This document shows positions 52,361 to 62,489 of a DNA stretch of 64,000 bases, in pieces. Each line of letters begins with the position of its first letter. Position 1 is the first letter of the stretch. Under the pieces are notes generated by a model. It ran no database searches. It had not been told where the DNA came from and saw nothing but the letters and a program-made list of their open reading frames with translations. This stretch comes from Mytilus californianus. Its lineage: Eukaryota. The stretch spans positions 31,124,001 to 31,188,000 of the forward strand of contig NW_026262668.1 in the NCBI RefSeq assembly GCF_021869535.1, written 5' to 3'. A program made the translations under genes and the position numbers.

Positions 52361-54332
52361 ATGTCTACTAGAAAGAATAGATCGTTCAAAGCTAGGGATA
52401 AGAAACGCAAAATTGCTAAAAATAAAGAAAAAAGGAAAATATACAATATAAACCGACAACATAAGAGACGACAATATAAACACACGGAAAAAGTACAGAG
52501 AGCTGCAAAATATGTTGATATATTCACAAAAGAAAAGTTATGTAATGCTGAAATTCTAGTTCTAGCGAAAGGACTTAAATTCATTCCTAGTCCAAATCTT
52601 CGAAACGCTAAGAAAACTCTCATAAATGACTTCAATGAACTAGCCCGTAAAATGAGATGCAAATATCATTTTGATGATGGATCTCACCAACACAATCGTC
52701 ATCCATTTCTTTCCAAAAGTGGTTATAAGCCAAACTGGGCTAATAATGCAATTGAAAATTACTTATTTTCGACAAGAATTGAATTGGAAAAAATACAAAT
52801 TAAATCATTTAAGGACAACCTGCCTAAAAATGAAAGAAAAGCATTACAATCACTACGTTCAAATGATCGTATCATTATCAAAAAGGCAGATAAAAACTCC
52901 TCAACAGTTGTTCTTGATAAAGAGCTATATATAAAAATGGCAAAAGACCAATTAAATGACAATGTACACTATGAAAGAATTAACGAATCTCATACAACGG
53001 AAATACTAGAAAGTATCAACACTATTATTCATCGTCTACACAATGAATCCTACATTGATGAAGTTACATTTAAGTTTTTAATAAATGACCAGGGAAATAG
53101 ATTAGGGAGACTATACTTCCTACCAAACCTTCATAAAATTAATCAATCGGATAAACAAAAGATTAAAACTGATATCAATCATTTACAGAATGTAAACGTC
53201 CCAGGAAGACCGATCGTATCCTTATGTAATAGCAACATTGGAAAAAATTGCACAATATATCGATTATTTTATTAAACCAGAGGTCAATAAATTTTGGACA
53301 TACACACAAGATACAACTTCCTTCATAAACAAATTGGAAAAAATAAGTGCACCTGCGGACATATTAATGAGCTCATTTGACATTTCAAGTATGTACACCA
53401 ATCTACATCATACTGAAATTATTAATGCAATTGACAGAGCATGGCCACTAATAATACAGTGTAAATTTGACATCCCAGTGCCACCCAAAAAGGCTTTACT
53501 GGAATTACTTAAAATTGCCCTTGCAAATAATGAATTTGAATTCAACGGGCAAATTTTCAAACAGGAAATTGGGGTTCCAATGGGATCCCCAATGTCGCCT
53601 AGTTTAACAGATATAAGAATATACGAAATCGTTTCTGAAATATTGAAACGCTTTCCATACTCGTCGGACATTTCTCTTCTTTCTGTCTACAGAGATGACG
53701 GATTCTTATTATTTAAAGGAAGCGAACAATCTCTTAAGGAATTTTACCAAATTGCAAATAGTATTCACCCACTATTAAAATTTACTCATGAAATCTCTAA
53801 TAATCAAATACAGTTTTTGGATGTAACAATATTTAAAGGAACCCGATTTGAAACAGAAAAGATATTAGATGTCAAATTATATCGCAAACCTACAGATAAT
53901 TACCAATACTTAGAAAAATCGTCTGCTCACCCAGCATCTGTATTCAAAGGATTTATAATTGGTGAAATTACAAGGTTCATTAGATCGTGTTGTAACAGAG
54001 ATGACCTCGACACACAGATAGAAGTATTCAAACAAAAACTTACACTAAGAGGATACTTGGAAACTGAAATTAATCCGTTGATAGATAAAACACTGAGAAA
54101 AAACAGACAGAATACATTATGTTATAAAAAAAGAAATAAACAAAACTGTCCACCACAAGTACTAGCAACTGAATTCAATCCACTCTTTAAACAATTGGGA
54201 AGACGAATAAGAAAACATTGGCATTTAATTGAAAATGATATAATTGCTAAGAATTTATTTCCCAGACCACCTATGATTGCTTATCGTAAACATAAGAACG
54301 TGAAGGAGTACTTGATCTCGGCAAAATTATAA
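52361..54332 (+). pseudogene. PLE reverse transcriptase of copy B with one +1 frameshift (~53230), no GIY-YIG
   Basis: AGCAACATTGG versus AGCCCATTGG in copy A. Motifs SFDISSMYT, GVPMGSPMSP and YRDD are present. The ORF ends PPMIAYRKHKNVKEYLISAKL* at the same position in both copies. Confidence 0.9.
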
Positions 54333-54404
54333 TCACTGTAAACAATTAAATAGTAATTAGATAAGAAAGGACACAAAAATAATAATGATATTGCAGATTC
54401 ACCA

Positions 54405-54562
54405 GGTGTCGTGCCCTAAAAATACTACTACATTTGATATGTTACCACAGTAAGAACTAATCGAATTGTAATTACATAGTAATTATAATTATACAAGGCT
54501 AGGGTACCTGATGAGGATTTACGGCCTTGGTAAAAAATGACCTAAATGATATCCGAAACACC
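54405..54562 (+). ncRNA. Type III hammerhead ribozyme, copy B (core intact)
   Basis: GGTGTC (cleavage after 54410); stem I GTGCCCTA/TAGGGTAC enclosing 81 nt; CTGATGA at 54508-54514; stem II GGAT/ATCC; GAAA at 54555-54558; stem III GGTGT/ACACC. Confidence 0.85.
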
Positions 54563-54725
54563 AGGTGCAGCTTAATCATTTTTAAATCATTGAAAATCGA
54601 AGACTTCTACTTAATTACCACACATCATTACAGATGAATAACCATTGCCTATATGCAAATGAGTAAAACCAGATAATCTTCTCACAGACACACACCTTTC
54701 TAACAGTAATTATTTTACATAAGAA

Positions 54726-55043
54726 AGGTCAAATCAGGCTACGATAGAAATAACCACAAAATAAATATATACGCAGCATAACTTCTTTAGAAAAGTCTGT
54801 ACAGATATCGATATATAATTCACCTATTGACAAAGGTGTTAATATGTGTTGCTGGGATTGGTAATGGACACGGCTATTTATAAAAGATCAAATCAGGCTA
54901 CGAAAGAAATAACCACAAAATAAATGTATAGTATACGCAGCATAACTTTAGAAAAGTCTATACAGAAATCGATATATTTCACCTATTGACAAAGGTTTTA
55001 ATATGTTTTGCTGGGATTGGTAATGGACACGGCTATTTATAAA
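54726..55043 (+). repeat. Two ~158-bp direct repeats downstream of the ribozyme (mirrored at ~46985-47290)
   Basis: TCAAATCAGGCTACGA...GGACACGGCTATTTATAAA occurs twice (TCA at 54729 and 54888). Confidence 0.9.
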
Positions 55044-55559
55044 AAGTAAACTCCTAGAAAACTTAGGAACGGAAGCTTCTAGAATACGATAGAAGTTTGA
55101 ATTACACATCGTAGATTATGATCATTCCAGAATTATTATGTAAGTCAAAAAAAGAAAGTTCTAATCATTTCATCAGTCTCTATGATTGTTCCAGTGATTT
55201 CTAAACTACACAGTTACAATATTTTATTTTGTAAACAACTATAAGGCCATACAAAACAAATTAGGCCAATATAAATAAATATAATAATTACAATATCATA
55301 ACATCAGGTATGCATTGAAAGTAACAACTGCATACCTCATCACACAATTACGTTAAAAAAAGGTAAAATACAAATTTGCCTGATAACCCCTACTTTTCTT
55401 TTCTTAATTTTATAACAAATAGTTTAAAAAAAACATATTTGAAAATCTAAGTTAATCCTTGTTATTTTTCATAGTTTTTGAAAGAAAAAAGGTGCCATTA
55501 GACTAAATTTGAACACAGATTGTTCTGAAGGATAATAGTTCCGGTCATACTAGGAGAAC

Positions 55560-55860
55560 CTGTTGTGCTACTAACTGCATGCAAAAACTACATGTATGAT
55601 AATTGTTACAATAAAGGAGAAGATAGCTACGACAAGTATAGCATTTCCTTGTCATCTTCCCCAAAAATATTCCGTAACGGTTATTTAAATCATGATTGCA
55701 TCCGTAAAACTTGCGTTTATATCATTGTGATCTTGTGATTCAAAAGAATTCTTTAATGCAGCAAAGCTGTACAAAGGAAATCTTTACAAGAAACAAAACA
55801 TCTAGAATATTGTAACAGCTGGAAGATATATACTCCATAACAATTTTGTAGGCGGAACTT
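55560..55860 (-). mobile_element. Old Naiad-type RT C-terminal relic
   Basis: YGVYIFQLLQYSR and KFYGCNHDLNNRYGI on the minus strand. Confidence 0.5.
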
Positions 55861-57351
55861 GAAGAAACTACAAATGTTTGCAAAGTATGGTAGGTACACG
55901 TACGCGTCCTTTTGTTACATTTTGTAACACTGTTTATGAGTGTATGGTGGTTATTTTTTTTTATGGAACAAAAGCACTTACTGTACTAGTACGCAGGAGG
56001 GTTAACGTACTGATTTTATGGAATCATCACCATTACGTCATTTTTCAATCTATGCTTAATCTGATTTGCTAGATCAGGTATGTATAGAATTTTATTGCCA
56101 TCGAATGTTATATTCATATATGTGCAATAATGGTAATTTTGTCGCATCTATGCACAGAAAGTAGAACATAACGAAAGTATTTATCTATGACAATTGTTCC
56201 GTCTACGTCAATGTTGAGCTTTATACGCCATAGCATGACCAAAACCTGATCTAGCAACTTTGCCTTGATGGAAGTGTCTATTGAAAATATCCCGTTGAAA
56301 AAAATAAATTTCCGTAGATAATAAGGTAAGTTTGTTGAAAATTATTACCTTTTACTGCCGAAGTACGCATTTTTTCAGAAGTATTTTTTTCTTTAAAAGG
56401 GATTGCTTCTTTGTTACTTGTCTTGCTGCAACAAAACGCCAAAGGATACACTTTTGAATACGTTTAAGTAACCTAAAGTTGTTTTATTCCTGTTAAAGAT
56501 AATAACAGAAAGGATCAAGAGAAAATATCATAATTATGTATAAAGGTATCCTGAAAATTTAAAATGATTCCTAAAAATTTAGAGCATTTATCTTTATATA
56601 TGAGATGTAAAAAGTAGTAAATTATTATTTTTTATAGCCTTTTGTAAACACAATCCTATATTCTTAAATCTGATATCATTATTGTAAATTAAATATTTCT
56701 TTTGTTACGAATAACAGTATTTGAATATGATTTTTTATGGATAATGTTTACATTACTAGGTATTTGATTTTTCTGCAAGTTTTTATTACGTTGTATTGCA
56801 AATTATAGAAACATTTTTGTTAAGCAAACGACACTTTTCTCTATGGTTCATGGTTTTGACATGTTTAATGTTAAAAAAGGATAATATGCAACATGTTTTA
56901 ATTCTTTTTACTATATGATGCGTAATACGCATGCAACTTATATTGGCTAATTTTTATTTATTATTGTTTTTTTCATTTGCAGAATGCTTTATCAGCCAAC
57001 ATTAAAAAATTCTTTTCTTCAGCTCAGACGAAGAAACAAATTTTAATAATACCAAACATTCACATCACACCTAGGGTAAATAATTTTACAATGAACATGA
57101 ACTCTTAGAGGTTCATCCAAATAACTGTCTATTAAATATAGAACTATTCTACTCGGGTAGTGGTGTATTTTCTCAGGAGCAAAATGAAAATATCTTCAAA
57201 CATGTGCTTAAGTTTTTTAGAGGGTCGAAGAAATTCCTTATTGTTTAGATAATAAAACATGACCACACGTACATCATCATCTAAGTTTAATTTTTCATTT
57301 TGTGTATTTGTTGGTTTTTATTTTGGTTTTTGCGTTTTTGTTGTAATTTTG

Positions 57352-57430
57352 GCTCTCCGGCTACTCCACCAATAAATACTGAACGCCATGAAATAGCGGA
57401 AGGGTACTGAAAGTGGCATTAAACAGCAAT
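57352..57430 (+). repeat. SINE-like 3' fragment
   Basis: CTCCACCAATAAATACTGAACGCCATGAAATAGC...GAAAGTGGCATTAAACA resembles a common mollusc SINE tail; recognised from memory only. Confidence 0.35.
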
Positions 57431-58406
57431 CAATTTTTAAAATCAATCAATCGGATAAAGAACTGATAATGTTTTAAACGCATTTTGCCATTTAGAAACA
57501 TAAAATTAGATCGTGTTGCTCAGTCTTTAGCTTTCTATGTTGTGTTTTGTATACTGTTGTTTGTCTTTAGGCCCTTTTCTTTTTTTTGACATTTTGTTGT
57601 CAGTTTATTTTCGACTTATGAGTTTAAATGTCCCTTTGGTAACTTTTGCCTCTATTCAACAAGTTTGAGTGAATTTTGTTGAAGGCCGTACGGTTGCCTA
57701 TAATTGCTTACATCCACTTCATTTGAACTTTCGTCGATAGTTGTCTCATTGGCAATCATACCACATCTCCTTATTTTTATATTGAAAGGCGGAGATGCAT
57801 TCATATGAGTAAGCGCGCGCTTAACCAGGCAATATGCCCTATTTCGCTCCGTTTTAGTTCATGCAATCCCCTCATATTTCTTTCCTTTTCGATAGTGGGG
57901 TCCATGGCGTTGTCAGTTTATTTTCGACTTATGAGTTTGAATGTCCCTTTGGTATCTTTCTCCTCTCTTTTACCAAGCGCAAATCGTGAAAATATTTATT
58001 ATTGTTCCTAACCTATAATCTTGACGTGAACGAATAATTTGCACTTATCAGATAATACAATCTAGAAGTTACTGAACCCAGGAGTCTAAAAACAAAACTT
58101 AAAAGAAATGTTGCATAACACTATAATTGAAAATAGCAAAGATTCTACGAATGATTTAGGAGCAAGGTCGTCATACCTTTAATTATACTGAATTGTGAGT
58201 GCGAACTACAACTGCATATCAGGGCTATTGAGCCTTAAGTAAGACGAAAAGCTAAGATACCCTATATCTTTGGTTAAGTGAGTAAATGGATTTTATGTCC
58301 TAAATTAATACGCTATTTCATTTCTCTGCAATTGTTATCTTACATTGAAGTACTTAAAACGGACAAATATATAAACTCATCAAAGATACTAGAATTAATA
58401 TTTTGT

Positions 58407-58453
58407 GCGCCAGACGCACGTTTCGTCTATAAAAGACTCATTAGTGACGTTCG
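58407..58453 (-). ncRNA. Minimal type I hammerhead motif with a G5A core substitution
   Basis: Reverse complement: CGTCA CTAATGA GTC ttttata GAC GAAAC gtgc GTC TGGCG. Confidence 0.65.
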
Positions 58454-61309
58454 AATAAAAAAAGTTAAAAAGGCCAAATAAAGACATTGTTGAAAAGCAT
58501 TGAGGACCCAAAATTCCGATTTTAACACACCGATTACCGACATCCAGTTGTTCTTTATCTTACATACGTGACATAATGTTAAATTGTTGCCGTTCGAATT
58601 CGTTCGGGAAATGACATGAGTACAAGAAATATAAAATCAAAGCCTAAGTTGAATGTATTTGATACAGGTGTATACGGAAATTAACCTTTGGCAAAAGTAA
58701 CTAGAATGATAAAAGTAGAATAAGAAAAATGATAACTACATACCTGACCTTTGGGGCATAAGGTTATCTGGTTACAATGTTCTGGATGATCAGTTACAGC
58801 ACAATGAAAACAAAAATGGCCGCCACTTAAATGTAGCTCTGCATTAATAAACAGAAGTTAAGCATATAAGTATATAACCAAAACAGTTCAGATTCAAATA
58901 TTGAAAATGTATTTAGAAAAGAGGGTAAACGATTAATTTTTTCTTAAATTCCAACAATATGACTGTACATGCACTGATGTTTTTCTTTTCGTTCTAATGC
59001 ACTACACTGCGTTTTGACTGTTATGCGTTTATCTGTGTCAGAAACGATCAAAGATAAATTCCACTTGTCATTGCGACAATTCCTTCCTGTTTCCTCTAAT
59101 GTTACATTACCGAATAAAAGTCATCACCAAATTTTACTTGCCATGAACATCACCACTGGTGTCACAAGAAGTTCAAGAACTGCCGACCTTGCCGCCAGAC
59201 GTATGTTCACTCATAGTTTTATTTTAAACGGTTTAGCGATTTTCTATAGGATCTGTCTCACATTAGCAACTATTTGTACGTTATGTTTGTATGGTATAAC
59301 TCATAAATCGTGTTTTGTAAATACCTAAGATTACTGACATCGGATGTTATTGTTAGTTTCTAAATTATTATTGTTACACTACTCGAATATCTTAGAAATA
59401 AGTATTATACTACAACTTCTTAAATGTGTTACGGTAAATTGACATCATGATATACATTTTAAATTGGTGAAATCTTCTGCATATAGTCAATAAAATGAAT
59501 GAAAACTTACATCGATATCTCTACATCCCAAAGAAAAATATTTATATCCATCAGGTGTAACAAATCTTATCTACAAAGCAATCCTGTAAAATATAATGTA
59601 CAATCTCATCTGAAATGCAGTTTAAATTATTACTATGTCGTGGTTTTGATTCATCTGCTGTTTTCATTAATCTTTATTTAGATGTGAATTAATTTTTTGT
59701 AATTATCATGAGTATCTTGATATGTCATGAGAGGCAAAGCAAAAAAAACCACACAATTAGCAAAGGAACAGCGGTTTGTATGCTGTTCTTCATCTCAAAG
59801 TCACAGTAAGGCCTTCAATACGGAGCAAATAAAAAATTAAAAAAACTCTAACCTCAATAATTGTTTCTATTGTATTTTGCGTATATACATGACACATTGA
59901 TCTGTTTATAAGTCATGCAATACATTAACTTACCCAAATTGTTTCAACAATGTTAAGCAACAATTAACATACTTGAATTGATGTGAACCAATACATGTAT
60001 TGAAAAAGTCCGACATTAATGATAGTTTTAAAAATGATAACATCTGGAATAAGAATTAAGCTTACCAAAGTAAAACAACGAATCCTTTCTACTTTAATCT
60101 CAAACAAATATTTTTCAATGTTCTTGACTCACCATTTATCCCACTATAACTCACATCTTTTTGTAATTACAAATGTCAAATGTTTGATAAACCAACTTAT
60201 AAGGTAATCAAATTACAACAACTATCGCTATATTTTGCGAGATAGTAATTTATAATACTTGCGTCAACAAAATATAACACCATCAATTATCAAATAGGTT
60301 CTTTGCTATGTGTATATAGTACTAACCTCGCGGGTTCCACACCTAATAACACGTCAACATTTCTGCGGGGTTGTCACATGGTCACAACATAAACACAGAT
60401 TTCCACCTTCCGCTGACGAAATTAATGATACGGTAATAAGAAATCGGAATATTTTCCTGAAGTGAATGATATTGTTTGTTATCTGAAAAGCATACTTGTT
60501 TTATTGGAATGAACACAAGGTTTGGCTTTTCTGAAGATATTGTGCATTATACACGGATATGCTAAACACAATCTTTATTCTGTCTCACTTATTTAGAATG
60601 CAATCCTTTAGCCACCCTTCCAATTAAAAAGTAAAGCACCAGATTCCCAAAAAAATACCGGAGATGAACTAAGGTCAGCTCTCGAATGGTTTAATGCTTC
60701 ATTTTCAACACCGGTACTGTTGTGTTGCCCATTAAAAGTAAAAATCCGTTAATCAGTCGGAAGTTGCATTCGATGAAAAGCCATACATAAGGAAATGAAG
60801 TGGAATTTAGTTATTTTTTTAATCATTGTAACTCAGTAGACCGAAGACAAAATCATTGTAACTGGAAAAAAACTTTTATAAATTTTGTCCATCCTGCGCA
60901 CTTCACTAGATAAACCCTTATCAGGAACGCTTAAACATAAACATTTGAAAGCCAGGGATGTTTAAAGATGTTGGAATGTTTATTTTTGATCTTTGACCTT
61001 GATTTAACGACAATTGCATCGTACAATTTTCGGGCAAAACAGAAATTGCAGCTTTCCAATGGTATATAATACAGCCGTGTATTAGGTAGGTGTATTGCTT
61101 TTTGAAAAAAATGTCACTCGCCTATCCCGAAGCGCTTATCTGGATTTACTTTGTTTAGGTATGCTTAAATAACGCTTAAATATAATCACATAAAAGCCAG
61201 GAAAATAAGAAATGTGAAAGTCGAACACAGAAAAGGAAGAAATATGAAAAGATAAACAAATCCACGGACAACTAAAAATATCTAAATATTGAGCAAGATA
61301 AGTCCCATA

Positions 61310-62354
61310 AACTAGAGGCTCTCAAGAGCCTGTGTCGCTCACCTGTATTTACTGATGCTTTGGAAATCATGTAAAATAAGGTTAAAATCATAATTAATAG
61401 TATTAGATATTAGATATTATAATGATATCTAAGATATTAACAAAAAACTGCAAAATTTCTGTAAAATTACTAACTCAGAGGCAGCAACCCAACAACAGGT
61501 TGTCGGATTCGTCTGAAATTTTCAGGGCAGATAAATCTAAATCTGATGAACATTTTTGCCACCCGTCAGATTTGCACTAAATGCTTTAGTTTCAGAGATA
61601 TAAACCAAAAACTGCATTTTACCCCTATGTTCTATTTTTAACCATGTCGGCCATGATGGTTGGAAGGCGGGGTCATCGGACAAATTTTTTAAACTAGATC
61701 CCCTAAAAATGATTAAGGTCAAGTATGGTAAAATTTGTCTCAGCAGTTTCAGAGAAGAAGATTTTTGTAAAAGATTACAAAAATTTACGAAAAATTGTTA
61801 AAAATTGACTATAAAGGGCAATTACTCCTAAAGGGACCGACTGGCAATTTTGGTCATCACGACTTATTTGTAGATCTTACTTTCCTGAACATTATTGCTG
61901 TTTACAATTTATCTCTATCTGTAATAATATTCAAGATAATAACCAAAAACTGCAAAATTTCCTTAAAATTACCAATTCAGTGGCAGCAACCCAACAACGG
62001 GTTGTCAGATTTGTCTGAAAATTTCAGGGCATATTTCTTGACCTGATAATGAGTTTTACCCATAACAGATTTACTCTAAATGCTTTGGTTTCAGAGATAT
62101 AAGCCAAAATCTACATTTTACCCGTATGTTCTTTTTTAAGCCATTGTGGCCATCTTGGTTGGTTGGCGAGGTCATCGGACACATTTTTTAAACTAGATAC
62201 CCTAATGATGATTGTGGCCAAGTTTGGTTAAATTTGGCCCAGTGGTTTCAGAGGAGAAGATTTTTGTAAAAGTTTACGGACGACGGACGACGGACGATGT
62301 ACGCCAAGTGATGAGAAAAGCTCACTTGGCCCTTTGCGTCAGGTGAGCTAAAAA
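61310..62354 (+). mobile_element. Complete Helentron-like non-autonomous element (HINE / pearl-like)
   Basis: Subterminal IR GCTCACCTG (61337-61345) / CAGGTGAGC (62340-62348), internal ~505-bp duplicated unit, (GGACGAC)n at 62277-62297 and a 3' GCTCAC...GTGAGC hairpin. Confidence 0.75.
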
Positions 62355-62489
62355 ACTAGGTGTTAATTACCACTTTTTATCACATTCCTGCAGGTGGAAT
62401 TGTTCTTCCACAATATATCTTAATATTTGTGATTAAAAGTATTTTGATCAAATGATGATCTTTAAAATTAATGTGGATAGTGTCCACAT

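Larger units (their letters stand above)
49855..55043 (+). mobile_element. Endonuclease-less Penelope-like element, copy B (order coiled-coil ORF - RT - ribozyme - direct repeats), with 13-bp terminal redundancy
   Basis: Begins (49855-49867) and ends (55031-55043) with GGCTATTTATAAA. Confidence 0.9.

Noticed and set aside
54559-54570. Alternative type I hammerhead fold using the downstream CACCAGGTG
   Set aside because: The cleavage triplet would be GUG, which is not cleavable, and there is no stem I partner; the type III fold fits fully.
44591-55043. Pure assembly artefact (mirror read or false duplication)
   Set aside because: The copies differ by independent substitutions and indels and are permuted, not mirrored about the junction; long reads are still needed for final proof.
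44560-55070. Telomeric repeats or a target-site duplication at the PLE pair ends
   Set aside because: No (TTAGGG)n runs and no matching direct repeat in the two outer flanks.
56970-57110. Possible orphan exon after TTTGCAG
   Set aside because: No recognisable protein motif, no convincing donor and no partner exons.
60900-61140. HPWL kinase-like tetrapeptide on the minus strand
   Set aside because: Surrounded by stops with no other kinase motifs; consistent with chance.
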